A stretch of 63,856 nucleotides of DNA, counting the filler, from Octopus bimaculoides (taxonomy: Eukaryota): NCBI RefSeq assembly GCF_001194135.2. It is 6 parts of 5 records of this genome, joined end to end, with 100 filler letters (N's around TTAATTAATTAA, not from the genome) between each part and the next. Parts side by side here need not be neighbours in the genome. Positions count along the whole stretch, not along the records: positions 1 to 12,403 come from NC_068983.1; positions 12,504 to 34,629 come from NC_068989.1; 4 more parts are not named here. The stretch is one strand, 5' to 3'. A program made the translations under genes and the position numbers. Positions 11,011 through 24,549 of this stretch are shown here, in pieces; position 1 is the first letter of the stretch; each line of letters begins with the position of its first letter. Under the pieces are notes generated by a model, which searched no databases, was not told the origin of the DNA, and was given only the letters and a program-made list of their open reading frames with translations.

Positions 11011-12371
11011 TGGATTGAAAATTTCGCAATCCGGGGTTTCAGTAAGAGCGAAATTAATGGTCATAGTTTACAAAAGCCGCACGCGCGAAATTCTGTAACC
11101 TGAAGTATCCGTAACGCAGTGGATGCCAGTAAGACAGAAATAAACGCTTTATATATTTCGTGTCGTCACTTTACGTGCTAAGTCCAAATAATGGCAAGCT
11201 TAAGTCAAGAAACTGCGTGTCAAATTCTTGGGGAATGCCGTATTTTTTGCTACCTACGCTCTATGAAAGTAGGAAACATTTTCAAGCATTAATATTCCAA
11301 CAGAGTCGCACGTGTTTGGTCATCTGATCACATAATACAATCGCTGTCATACACGTGGTTCATTATGTTGAAAAGCTTACAATATAAAGTTGTGTAACAC
11401 AAGAGCGGAAACAAATGACAAACCTAAAACAACTTGCGTGAGAAAATAGAAACAGAAGTCGAAAATCAAGAATTAAATGAACTATGTCATATTTCTTTTG
11501 GTTGATAAAAATCGAACTATTGTTTACTTCTTTTTTAGTGTGCGTACGTGATTCTTCTCAAACCTACTTTGGATTTTTGTTTGTTTGTTTTTTTTTGGGG
11601 GGGGGGGTCGTAAGCTGATGCTAGTTAATTAGTAAATTTTTAGAACTACTTTACTGTACTTTAACGGTTATTTGTTGAGAGGCAAAATTTTAATTCACTA
11701 ACGCTGACTCGTTGCATCTTTTTTTTTCTTTTTTTTTCGCATGTTAAAAATCTTTCGAGGGCAATGCTTTTTCCTGGAGTTCTAAGTCATGGGCACACCG
11801 GGCAGTTATCCAGGAGTCCTTGGGTTTAGGGGCCCAATGCTGTGGTCTGTAATTTGCTGCCAATAAATAAATGTACCCTTCCCATTCCTGTCCATTGTTT
11901 TACCCAAGGCTCATAAGGCTGTTAAACCGGACCTGTTTTTTTCCAACGTTTAAGCTTATATAATTTGTCATTCTGTTCTCTTGACCACATATCACAGTTT
12001 CTTGTGGGATCTTTTATTCTTTTATCATTTATCTCTTATTTGTTTCAGTCATTAGAGTCATGTGACCTCCTCGGTGACACTTTCCATCTTCGTGTGTGCT
12101 CTTGCTCTGCTTATCCCATTCTCAGAGAATGGAATAAGCAGAGCAAGAGCACACGCGAAGACGGAAAGTGTCTCTAAGGAGGTCATAGATGTGTGACGAA
12201 AGACTTCCGAACAATGGACATGAGTTAGAATAAGAACAGTAATAAACGAGTGAAGAACGAATATATAGTGCATGTGTTTATTTGGGGAAAAAATGACCAT
12301 TCCGAAATACAGCAATATCTGTTTCAACACACGACTTCACATCAGGAATCTTGCAACACAAATTCATAATC

Positions 12372-12403
<32 letters not shown>

Positions 12404-12503
12404 NNNNNNNNNNNNNNNNNNNNNNNNNNNNNNNNNNNNNNNNNNNNTTAATTAATTAANNNNNNNNNNNNNNNNNNNNNNNNNNNNNNNNNNNNNNNNN
12501 NNN
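12404..12503. other. Scaffolding linker N44-TTAATTAATTAA-N44 (same 12-mer at 34674, 47878, 54803, 60973)
   Basis: An identical 12-mer is centred in ~100-bp N-gaps at five sites; it has stops in all six frames. Artefact. Confidence 0.95.
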
Positions 12504-12596
12504 TTTCTGCTTTGTTTTCGACCCCCTCGAAAAGAAAAACTCTACATTTGTATTTTGTCCCCTCTGTGTTGAGCCCTGTGTGGCTAATAAAGAAAC

Positions 12597-12632
12597 CTAT
12601 CTATCTATCTATCTATCTATCTATCTCTCTAC

Positions 12633-12690
<58 letters not shown>
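12597..12690. repeat. (TATC)n microsatellite
   Basis: Direct inspection. Confidence 0.95.
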
Positions 12691-12693
<3 letters not shown>

Positions 12694-13161
12694 CATTCTT
12701 CCATTTCATCTCCGTATGTGTGTTCTTGTCTCTTTATATATTTATTTAAGAAAGTCATTCATACAGATTTTAAGTCTGTCCGTACGTATCAGAAACAATA
12801 ATTGGATTTCAAAATTGAAAGCTATAAACAAATATTTCAAAATTCTGAGCTACCTTAATTATACTCTAGTATTAGAATTTGACCATCAGATTACGAATTT
12901 ACGTCAGTTTCAACAATGAGATTTTGAATAAGGAGATGTCGCTGTTATTATTGTCGTTGTTGCTTAGCCACGGGTATCTCTCACTGATGGAAAGGAGAAA
13001 AGTTAGACATTCTTAACAGTATTTGTATAGATGTTAATCGTGTTTGCAAACTTTTTTTTTTTACTGAAACAGTCGCAATCATGGTTGTGTGGCCAAGTGG
13101 CTAAGAGGCTCGTTTGACAGCCACGTTTAGTGCATGTGTGTTTGTGTTCATGTGTGTGTGT

Positions 13162-13213
<52 letters not shown>

Positions 13214-13835
13214 GAAAGTGTGTGTGTGTGTGTGTGTGAAAGAGAGGGAGAGAGATAGAGACAGACATAGTGAGTGAGTGTGAAAGGGAGAGAGAGACAG
13301 ACAGACAGATTGTGTGTGTGTATATGTGTGGGTAAGTGTCTGTATGTGCCTGTATATAACTTTGTGATTGTTTATGCGCCACCCGCTGTTTGACTACTGT
13401 TTTTTTTTTTTTTCAAATTTTATTTACGTCCCTGTAACAGCAGTAGGGCAAGTGACCGATAGGAAAAAGGCAGCAGGCTTTACAAAAGAGACCCCAAATC
13501 AGTATTAGGACCAAATACTTGGACTAAACCCTTCTAAGCATTACCGCAGTCCAATGACTGCAACAAATGAAAGATAAAAATTATTTATTTTATCAAGGAC
13601 GATAGAGTAGTTTTCATCATCTCCCTTATATCAGTGTATAACAAATTCTGAATGCCAAAATATTTGGTTCATCTCAAAAGTTTCAATAGTGAAGGAAAAA
13701 GTATTGTTGGTGTAGAATTTCAAAAGTTTTTGTGTTCCGATCATCAAAGATTCAGAGATCACGGAAAGGATAATAGTCTCAAGATCTGTCAATAACAGAA
13801 TTACATTTTGATAAGGATAAAGATATCTATTATTT

Positions 13836-14224
13836 ATTTTTTATCTGTTTCGGTCATTAGACTGCAGCCATACTGGGGCAACACATTGAAAAATTTTTAG
13901 CCGAATAGATCGAACCCAGTACTTTTTCATTTAATCCTGATACTTATTCTACCCAACACTTTGGCCGAACCGGTAGGTTACGAGGACGTAAACATACCAA
14001 CACCGGTTTTCAGGCTGTGGTATGGAACAAACACAGGCACAGGGACGTCCCCCCATTTATATAACAGGCTTCTTTCAGTTTTCGTCTACCGAATTCACTC
14101 ACAAGGCTTTGTTCGTCCCGAGGCTATAACAAAAGCGACACTTGCTCAAGTTTCCACACAGTGGGATTGAACCCAGAACCATGTGGTTGGGATACAAGCT
14201 TCTTACCGTACAGTGACGCCTGTG
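13836..14224 (-). mobile_element. SINE family B, near full length
   Basis: Tail (GGTCATTAGACTGCAGCCAT), body (CCGAACCG..GGACGTAAAC) and tRNA-like head (CTTTCAGTTTTCGTCTACC..CAGTGGGATTGAACCCAGAACCATGTGGTTG) in minus orientation. Confidence 0.9.
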
Positions 14225-14255
14225 GATTTACTATTAGTAGATTCGCAGAGAGAAA

Positions 14256-14554
14256 GGCGGCGAGCTAGCAGAATCGTTAGCACGCTGGGCTAAATGCTTA
14301 GCACGCTGGGCTAAATGCTTAGCACGCTGGGCTAAATGCTTAGCACGCGGGGCTAAATGCTTAGCGGTATTTCGTCTGCCGTTACGTTCTGAGTTCAAAT
14401 TCCGCCGAGGTCGACTTTGCCTTTCATCCTTTCGTGGTCGATAAATTAAGCACCAGTTTCGCACTAGGGTCGATGTAAACGACTTGATCCCTTTGTCTGT
14501 CCTTGTTTGTCCACTCTATGTTTAGCCCCTTGTCGGCAATAAAGAAATAAGAAA
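14256..14554 (+). mobile_element. SINE family A, full length, with a 4x21-bp internal tandem expansion
   Basis: GGCGGCGAGCTAGCAGAATCG head, TTAGCACGCTGGGCTAAATGC x4 (14277-14360), B-box-like GAGTTCAAATTCC, central GTCGACTTTGCCTTTCATCC, A-rich tail. Confidence 0.92.
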
Positions 14555-14650
14555 CCCAATCAAACGATTGTGGAGAAGAGTATTACTAATGTATGAATGT
14601 AAAGTATAGTAACTAAAGATTTCCTTATTGGTTGTAATTTTCTTTTGTAG

Positions 14651-14695
14651 ATGACTTCCGAACTATGATTATTTGTTGTTTCTATCTTGTCTCAG
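14651..14695 (+). CDS. Candidate 45-nt internal exon (phase 1-1), xDFRTMIICCFYLVS; product unknown
   Basis: Acceptor TAATTTTCTTTTGTAG, donor CAG|GTGCGT, open frame. Splice-signal evidence only. Confidence 0.22.
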
Positions 14696-16696
14696 GTGCG
14701 TAAAAAGTGTGCAAAATAAGCAAATATTTTAGGCATGAAATATTCTCTAGGTTTCAGAATAACTATACCGTATTTACGAAAGGTGTATTGGCATATGTGT
14801 AGTGGCTAGCAGTACTTCTCTGGAATGATAATGTTTAAATATGACACCAAACACAAGGATAATTAAGAACATGCGCGTTAGTTAGTTTTGTTTTTGCTGT
14901 TATGCACTAATCAAATAAACCTTATTATCAAAGTACTCTCATCCATAACCAAACTATCTATTGGTTTAGCTAATAATACATGTTCAAATGTATCCTTCAT
15001 TTTTCTAAGAATATAAAATATTTTTAGAGAGAGGGGCGAGATCTGGTTAATATTTCTAGCATATTCAATGACCTCGTTGTGGCTCCCATCATTTGTCTCG
15101 AATCAAGGATAATAGCGACTCTTAGATCTATGCACCGTCTCCTACAGAAGCTTTGGAAAGCGCAATCACGCAAACAAACATATAGCTTCTACTTCCACAG
15201 ATGTACACTTTACAGACGCAAGGAACCTTTTCCAGCTGAATCATTATAGAAATTAGGGAATTTTCACACACCTGCTATATATACATTATGGAATAAGCAA
15301 TTCAATCACTATTTTAAGGAATTTCCACTCTCATCGATGTTGCTTTCCTAAAAGGTAGGAAAACTGTACTATCTCCTACAACTATAAATCCACGGCCGTG
15401 TGCCTAAATGAAAAATCAATACTTCTAATGGCTACATAGCACTTGCGTTGCTGTTACTTGCACAAGATTCGACTGCGTTGCTTTTCATAACTTCTCGCGC
15501 ATCAACTAACACACAGAAATGTAGTCATATAATGTTATATAGTTAAATTTAGGAAGATAAACTCATTTAAAAGTACTGACATTAGTGTTATGAGAGGCTA
15601 GTATCACATTAAATACGCACAGAGCTTAGAAGCCAGAACAATGATGTACACACACACACATTCACACGGGCGCGCGCGCAGACAAACCAAACACGAACAC
15701 ATAATATATATGTATATACATATATATATATATATACATATATATGTGCATATATATGTGTATGTATATATGCTCGTGTGTGTGTGTGTGTGTGAGTATC
15801 AGAAGAAAAGGAGAAGGAAATGATAGACGTGGGCATTCAATAATCTTCCTTTGTTGTTTCATCCGAATTTTCTTACTTAAAAAATAAACTAATGTTATTT
15901 TTTTTGTTTGGTTTTTAATTTCACTTCATGTTTTTTTTCTTCTTTTATTCAACACCTCAAAAAACTTTTAACTCCTGCTGTCTCAAACGGCATATTATAG
16001 ATATATATATATATATGTATGTATATACATATAAATATATANNNNNNNNNNNNNNNNNNNNNNNNNNNNNNNNNNNNNNNNNNNNNNNNNNNNNNNNNNN
16101 NNNNNNNNNNNNNNNNNNNNNNNNNNNNNNNNNNNNNNNNNNNNNNNNNNNNNNNNNNNNNNNNNNNNNNNNNNNNNNNNNNNNNNNNNNNNNNNNNNNN
16201 NNNNNNNNNNNNNNNNNNNNNNNNNNNNNNNNNNNNNNNNNNNNNNNNNNNNNNNNNNNNNNNNNNNNNNNNNNNNNNNNNNNNNNNNNNNNNNNNNNNN
16301 NNNNNNNNNNNNNNNNNNNNNNNNNNNNNNNNNNNNNNNNNNNNNNNNNNNNNNNNNNNNNNNNNNNNNNNNNNNNNNNNNNNNNNNNNNNNNNNNNNNN
16401 NNNNNNNNNNNNNNNNNNNNNNNNNNNNNNNNNNNNNNNNNNNNNNNNNNNNNNNNNNNNNNNNNNNNNNNNNNNNNNNNNNNNNNNNNNNNNNNNNNNN
16501 NNNNNNNNNNNNNNNNNNNNNNNNNNNNNNNNNNNNNNNNNNNNNNNNNNNNNNNNNNNNNNNNNNNNNNNNNNNNNNNNNNNNNNNNNNNNNNNNNNNN
16601 NNNNNNNNNNNNNNNNNNNNNNNNNNNNNNNNNNNNNNNNNNNNNNNNNNNNNNNNNNNNNNNNNNNNNNNNNNNNNNNNNNNNNNNNNNNNNNNN

Positions 16697-16728
<32 letters not shown>

Positions 16729-19263
16729 GTAATATTTCAGAGACACACAAGCATTTACACACACATGAACACACACAAATATACTCATACACACAGACGT
16801 ACACATACACATAAGCTTACGCTGAAAAAGTTCTGTTGCTAAAGTGTAAACGGATTCTGTATGTGTGTGTGTGTGTATGCACATGTGTATGTATGTGTGT
16901 AGGTGTAAGGGTGTGTGTATGAGTATGTGTGTGTGTGTCTGTGTGTGTGCGTGTGTATCCTTGACCAAGTAGCTTTTCACATGACCTGATCTGAATTAAT
17001 CTGATACTTTCTAGTATCATAGTTTGCTTTCAGACAAGAGCAAATAGCGCCAGAAGAAAACTTGGCAACGCTTCTATCTAGCTTCAAATATTCTTTTATT
17101 TTATTAACAGACAAAATACTTTTGTTTTTAGCTTTTGCCTTCTTGTTTGTTTAATTTTCTACCAGAATATTGTTTAACATTAGACTATTGCCAGCTTTGG
17201 TGGAGTTGGACTGGGGCAGCAGAGCGCTGGATCAAATATATTAACTATTTGAGTTTCGTCCTTCTATATTTTAAATTCTAGATCTAACAGGGTCTCCTCA
17301 TGGTCCTCTGTGGTTCTGTTATTGGCGAGATAAGAGGAATGATGTTCTAGACTAGTTGTTTAATAGTCGATTTTCACTTACCCTCTACCAAGAATCTTCA
17401 ATTTCACAATCTCGAGAGATAATATCTCTTCCAAAACTTCGAACAACTATTGAATTCGATTTATTGGTATTGATTAAACTCTATAATTCAGTTTTTGCTT
17501 GTGTTTACGCTTTTGAAAGATCGAAGCGTCTACATAAGTGCGGCTTAACTCCTCAAGTTTATATCGTTATAAACAGAGTATATNNNNNNNNNNAAGAGGA
17601 ATGATGTTCTAGACTAGTTGTTTAATAGTCGATTTTCACTTACCCTCTACCAAGAATCTTCAATTTCACAATCTCGAGAGATAATATCTCTTCCAAAACT
17701 TCGAACAACTATTGAATTCGATTTATTGGTATTGATTAAACTCTATAATTCAGTTTTTGCTTGTGTTTACGCTTTTGAAAGATCGAAGCGTCTACATAAG
17801 TGCGGCTTAACTCCTCAAGTTTATATCGTTATAAACAGAGTATATATACATGCATACATATGTCTGTCTTTCTGTTTGCATGTATGTATATATATATACA
17901 TATATATGCATGTATGCATGTGCACGTGTGTGTGCATGTGTCTGTGTATGTGTCTGTGTATATATATATATATATATATAATTTTTACTAAGTAGTGTAA
18001 GTAACAGATGAGAAAACTTTATTTATTTCGCCAGTAGTTAAGTGAATTGTAATGTTTATAGTAAAGAATTTTTTTCCCACGCGACATAATAAACAACCTA
18101 TTAGTGCACAATCTCTGTAGTAAAAAGGAAAAGGATTTGATATTGCTTATATTGCTTGATGTAGTAAGTGTGTTGTTACATTGTCTGAATTGTATTTGTT
18201 TCTGTATCGATCCTTTAGAGGGTGGGGAGGATGAGCGTTCATTGTATTTTTGCAAAGTTTCCGAGATTTGTGTGGGAAGAAGCCGATCGAAATTGAAATT
18301 CTTGGGTTATCTTCAAATTGGTGACCACATCGGAATGCTTAAAATGAATTGACTCTTTTAACTTCCAGGAAGAGGCAGAATATCGTGTTCAACCGATCGA
18401 TAGGTCTCCTGTATAATCTAAGACGAACACATCACCTTACGAACTTAAAAAAAAAATCCGATGAAGCAGTTCTCTTCATAAATCCTGCACGACCTGATAC
18501 TACACTGCAATACACTTCCTTAGGATAAAGTGAAATGACGTCACATCCCGAAGCCGCGTGATCTCGACGTGAAATTCAGAATGACATTGCCATAGGTGCG
18601 AAGGATATTTTGAATAGGGTATCATTTTTTTCCCTACAAGTTTATAATACAAGATTTAATAACTAACAAACAAAATCATATTGTTGTGTAAAAAATACTT
18701 TATTGGATACTATTTTCCTAGATTTCAGTAATGTAATTTTCTAAAATGAGAAGTACTGGGATATTTTAACATTTCATCAACACTTTAGTTTCTGGTATGA
18801 TTTTGTATTCGTCTATATCTCAAAGTTATTGCCTATAGAAATTATTACTCATAGAAGTAATTGCTGCAATGTTTCTGGTTCCATATTATCCCAGTTTCTA
18901 TAGTAATTTCTCCTTCTGCGTAAATCTCTGATTTTATCAGAATAAATAATCCAAACCTTTCGGAAAAATTAGCATAGCGTTATTACAAATACAAGTGCCA
19001 CGGTTGCATAGACTTAAGGTAATGAAAGAGAGACTTAGCATATGGCATTGATCTTGTTACATTTATGCCAATGACCAAGTATGAAATGAATGAACATTCA
19101 ATCCTGATAAGATTTGAAATGCAAATCGAATTATAACGAAATTAAATTATATGATACATTTACGACCGCACGCACTCTATTATCTCATTTGTCTCCAGCG
19201 ATATTATAAAGGCTATGATATGATATTCAACTTATCTCATTAGAGATATTGAAAACTATAGAT

Positions 19264-19638
19264 CAGTGCTTCTCAAAGAGTACGGCATCGTTACCGGGTG
19301 GTGGAGAACGATATAATGTTTACTATGTGTGGTGGGAAGAAAGAGAACGGTAGTGGGGCCTTACATGTGTCTTGCTTTTGTCTCTTGTTTCACTTTTCAA
19401 CTTTAAGATAAATTTAAATATAATACTATAATAAGCTGCTTGTTAGCTAAAATGCAAATAAGAAAATTAACAGAACTGAATATATCGCAGCTATACATGT
19501 AAGTTATAAGAAATAAGTATATTATATATTTATAAGCTAAGCAAAATGAAGTAAAATTAAACTGACATTGTTAAAATTTGTGTGTATTTCAATGATAGCG
19601 GTCACTGCTATCATTGAATGTTATGTTATCTTGTGTGG

Positions 19639-19683
<45 letters not shown>

Positions 19684-19695
19684 CACATACACATA

Positions 19696-19735
<40 letters not shown>

Positions 19736-19953
19736 CATAGACACATACACATACAAACACACACACACGCACGCACACACACACGCACACACATAGACGC
19801 ATACACATACATACACACATATACACATATATATGTGCGCGGGTGTGTGTGTGTGTGGTGTATTTAATTTTGTGAAATCGAAGGAACAGGGTATTGAGTA
19901 ATCGTTTGGAAAACAAAGAGGGCAATAGGTAAAAAACAGTTTTGGAAACACTG
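19264..19953. mobile_element. hAT (Buster/Charlie-type) non-autonomous element containing an (AC)n tract
   Basis: Left end CAGTGCTTCTCAAAG; right end TTTGGAAACACTG. Flanks CTATAGAT and GTCTAGAA both fit the Buster nnnTAnnn 8-bp target (5/8 identical). Confidence 0.6.
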
Positions 19954-21591
19954 GTCTAGAATGTTTTCAATTGTCTTAGTCGCTCCCATTGCTCCCCAAA
20001 CAGCTACAGTTAGTCAGGCATTTTATCTAAGTTAGTTAGCATGTTTTTTTTCCCCCACATAATTTTGCTCCATATATAATTAAGTCATTAAACACATTAA
20101 CATGTAGATTCATTGACGGTAGAAAAAAATGTTTAATACCATACTCAACACCTTAAATTACGACCAAATGGAAAAAAAATGGGCGATGTGTCAGTTACAT
20201 GAAACTGAAACCACACATATCTCAATTGTGAAATGTCTTTAAGTTTCTATAAAACTTACCACTTCTAAAAAAAGCTGTCACAAAAGTAGCAATTGTGTCA
20301 TTCCGGACTCAAGAATAAGCATGACACAAAACAAGAATAAACAGAATACAAATATATCATGTCATGGTTCTACAAGTCTGTCTAGACTTGTTCTATAATA
20401 ACTTGCGTTAGTTATGAAGACTTTTATTGTCGAAAACACCGCCAAGCGATTCCTGTTGTTTTGATGGTTATACTTTATTGCAGTTTTATTCCGAAGAGCA
20501 TATTTTTAGGTATTCTCTGCTTTATATTGGTTGACACAAATGGCAGTAAATCGTTTCCAAGACAATGGACTGACAGCAATATTTTCAAAAGTTTGCCATG
20601 TAACGTCTATACATTTTATATCTTAGACTGTGCCAATCCATATGGTGTTTGACCTAATGAGCTTTTACAATAACACATATTTTCAATTACTAAAATTCTA
20701 TAGAAATGCATCATCTATGAATACAGTGAAAACTACACGCGAGACGGCAATGTTTCCCAAAGTTACAAGTATAAAGAAAAAATATTAGTCTTATATGATA
20801 GTACTACACGTATTTTTACAGCAATGAAAAATAGTTGTGGGCAAATATATTTATCATGGCACCCACCCTATTATTTGCAATTAAATTATTCATGATCACA
20901 TTTCGTGAATCATACTGCTGCCATTTATAGTACTCGTCCCAAGTCGTAATAGGAAGTACAGTGATAACTTCACCATTTGGTAATTGTTGTTTTTTGTGTT
21001 TGGTGCAATTTTAAAGACGACATTGACCTCCGCAGGTTTTAAAAACACACAAAAGAACACGGCAGTATTGTTTGTAATTTATATTGCTTGCTATAACATT
21101 CAATCAAAACTTAACTGAATATTCCAACTTTTTACTTTTTCAAATATTAGATAATAGTTTTAGGTTTTATTCAGTTCATTTTTATGTGCCTATGTAAAAA
21201 TAGCTACTATTATTGCTTATAAAAAGGATCCAATAAATTTAATCACATTCGAATGGTCAGATAAGAGAGACTTGAATAGATTGAATGGCAGTACGATTCA
21301 CGTTTCAGAGATACGGTAGTTTTCGAGAGAAAATGAGATCAGTTATTGTTTTATGTTAATTAAAGACTGTTCGAGAAGAACTTCGTAGGGGTTATCAAGC
21401 CAGTATTCTATGAACAACACATTCTTATACAGCATTTTGATATTGAGTGTCACTCAAGTAAATATTGAATTTCGCATAGTTGTAATTCAGAGGTATCTGC
21501 TTAATATAGGAGAAAAGATTAGGATTCCATGTCTTTTAAAATATCGCAATGAAATACTGGTTTCAAATTTTAGCAGAAAGCTAACGCGTTT

Positions 21592-21760
21592 TGGGGTGGG
21601 ATAAGTCGATTACATCGACCCCAGTACTTAACCAGTACTTCTTGTTATCGGCCCCGAAAGGATGAAAGGCAAAATCGACCTTGACGGAATTTGAACTTAG
21701 AAAGTAAAGACGGACATATTGCCACTAAGCATTATGCCTGGCGTGCTAACAATTCTGTCA
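21592..21760 (-). mobile_element. SINE family A
   Basis: AAGTCGATTACATCGACCCCAGTAC..CCCCGAAAGGATGAAAGGCAAAATCGACC..GGAATTTGAACT..GCGTGCTAACAATTCTG. Confidence 0.9.
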
Positions 21761-23329
21761 TATTTCATTGAGATTGGGCAACGCAGAGGAAAGTCGTATG
21801 AAGAATTTGTGTGTGAGCGGATGGATAGAAGAACCTTGCAGAGCATTAATTTAATTAACAATTAATATTTATATATTAACATTATATTTACAAATTCATT
21901 GATTAGCAGAGATATTTGGTGCAAATTGCCGTAGATACAGAAGAACAGCAAATATTTCGAGATTAGTGAGCATTGGTCAAAATGAAATTGTACGGATGCA
22001 GTAGCTATCCACAATAAGCTACTGTACACTTTTTGTGTGAGATATAGCAGCGAAATCTTTCTGATGTCACATACTACTGTATTAAATAAAGACTTGAGAT
22101 TACAGAACAATAGTAAAACCATGAACTATATTTATATGCACACACACACACATACACACACACACATAGGCATTGCGATACTAACAACCTGTTTCGAACT
22201 CAATATACATATGCTTCAGAACGAATCGTAAGTCGAGTATAGCGCAATTATAAGAAATTGAGATGACAAAGGAATAAACAGTTATTAAATTCATTAGCTT
22301 ACATCTGCTCCGGCTATAAAATAAAGTGCCTCAGTGTCACTTTATAGCTTCAACGGAGCTGCCTACAACAACTTTGGTCTCACAGTCAGCAGTTAGAGGA
22401 CAAATGTCATTCAGCAACTTGCCCCGCGAAAGCATCATGTGGGACCAACTATAACTATCGAATGGGACAGCCTGGATAAACAATGCTATGTTTATCCATT
22501 ATGCGCAAATTTGTGACTCGTATTAGAAAATAAAGCATGTGTAATGGAAAATAGATGATACCAAAACAAATTTTCTATTTCCTGTTTTGTTATATACATA
22601 TATATATTCTTTTATTTGTTTCAATCATTTATATATATNNNNNNNNNNNNNNNNNNNNNNNNNNNNNNNNNNNNNNNNNNNNNNNNNNNNNNNNNNNNNN
22701 NNNNNNNNNNNNNNNNNNNNNNNNNNNNNNNNNNNNNNNNNNNNNNNNNNNNNNNNNNNNNNNNNNNNNNNNNNNNNNNNNNNNNNNNNNNNNNNNNNNN
22801 NNNNNNNNNNNNNNNNNNNNNNNNNNNNNNNNNNNNNNNNNNNNNNNNNNNNNNNNNNNNNNNNNNNNNNNNNNNNNNNNNNNNNNNNNNNNNNNNNNNN
22901 NNNNNNNNNNNNNNNNNNNNNNNNNNNNNNNNNNNNNNNNNNNNNNNNNNNNNNNNNNNNNNNNNNNNNNNNNNNNNNNNNNNNNNNNNNNNNNNNNNNN
23001 NNNNNNNNNNNNNNNNNNNAAAATGTCTTGCCCGCTTACGTTTTGGTATCACGCTATATTTCATGTTGAGAACAATTTAGGTCTTTTTAGACACAAGATG
23101 TGATCTATTTCTAGCACATTAAATGTCCACGTTAGTGGTCAACGTCATATATAAAAATATATATATATATATACATAGAGAGAGAGAGAAAGAGACAGAG
23201 AGAGAGTGGGGGGGGGTGAGAGATAGATAGATAGATAAATATAAATGTCAGTCATATCGTTGTCGCCTCCTTTCCAAATATTCGAGAATTTTGACTCGCT
23301 GTTGATCCTTGCGCACGTTCATAGTAAAC

Positions 23330-23800
23330 TGAAAATGCTATTCGATGATGAATATCTACCAACTCTCATTCATATCGGCTCTCCAGTCTATAATCTGTAG
23401 TTTAACTTCGCTCTAGAAGGTGGTGATTCCCTCCAGCTAGAATCTGACTTTAACATTTTTATTCCCATTATCCCTGTAAGTCAGTCCGCTATTTCAACCC
23501 TATAGCTTACTCCAGTAGGCACCATTTTTTGATTATATCTCGTTCTAATTTGATAAGCGTTATATAGAATTATTTCTTTCTAATCTCAACAGCTACAGTA
23601 ACTTCAATTTAAGTAGCGCTTGAATGTCGCACTTATCCCATACCGATGTTCCTCTCCCAGAAGCCAAATTCTGTTAGTTATTCTATCTATCTCCATTAGC
23701 TAATATCGCCACTCATTATTCATATAACAAACATGGTACGTCAGCTTCACTAACACACCACATATTTAACTGTATTAAAAATAACATTAAAAAACACTCA
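23330..23800 (+). mobile_element. Possible highly decayed Penelope-like RT
   Basis: LFDDEY..HIGSPV..FNFALE, VGTIF and FLSNLNSY occur in the order expected for MGSP / YVDDIF / FLxxLNS; very degenerate. Confidence 0.35.
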
Positions 23801-24502
23801 ATTCATTGCCAAATATTTATCCACCAATACACTATAAACCGTTTCCGCCTCCTCCTCCTGTTTCCCTTCACCCTCCTCCTGTTCTACCTCCTACCACTTC
23901 TATTGCTAATAAAAACGCATTTCTTTCCCTGAACTTACTAGTTGCATGATACCTCCAACCACTCCTAGCGAACAGTATCCCTCTCCTCCTCTACTAGTCA
24001 TCCTGGCCCAGTGTAGATAGTTTTTCAATACTTAACCCTACCCAACCCCAGATAACTGCTACTCTCTGGAAGTCGCTTATCGGTCAGGTTCTTCTGCAAA
24101 CAACGAACTGCATATGCTAAACTGAACATCGACCCCATATCGATCTCACAAATAGGGCGTGCCCACAAAGGTTAGCGGCACTGACATCTTTGTCTGATTA
24201 ACAAAGTTAGACAAACATAGATTAAACTGTTAGCTTACATTAAATCTATTGTATATTGCATGTGCACGCAATATACGTAGATCTGTAGAATATAAAAAGT
24301 ACGTCTCCCTTGGTTTCAACAATAAATATTCTCTTTTTCGAGAAACTAAATTACTCGCTTATTAAATTGGCTTCAAATGGTTGAGTATTCCACGGATATC
24401 TATACCCTTAATGTAACTGTCAGGCAGAATCAGATTGATACAATCACAGTGTGTGATAAGGCACGGTCCTTTAATAAAAAGTAATAACGGTTTTCGTCTC
24501 AG

Positions 24503-24549
24503 CTTTGGAGTCTCCCTGGTGCTATTGTAAAATATTCTGTCCTAGAATG
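24503..24549 (+). CDS. Candidate 47-nt exon; product unknown
   Basis: Acceptor GGTTTTCGTCTCAG, donor ATG|GTACGT; two frames open (LWSLPGAIVKYSVLE or xLESPWCYCKIFCPRM). Confidence 0.18.

Noticed and set aside
11780-11850. GC-rich patch GGGCACACCGGGCAGTT..GGGGCCC
   Set aside because: Reminiscent of DNA-transposon subterminal sequence, but no TIR pair or TSD was found.
12448-12459. Recurrent TTAATTAATTAA motif
   Set aside because: Always centred in N-gaps: a scaffolding linker, not biology.
14256-14404. tRNA gene calls in SINE heads
   Set aside because: A/B-box-like motifs are present but there is no cloverleaf, and each continues into a SINE body.
14234-14464. ORF with AKHLAQR heptad repeats
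   Set aside because: Antisense translation of the 21-bp SINE expansion.
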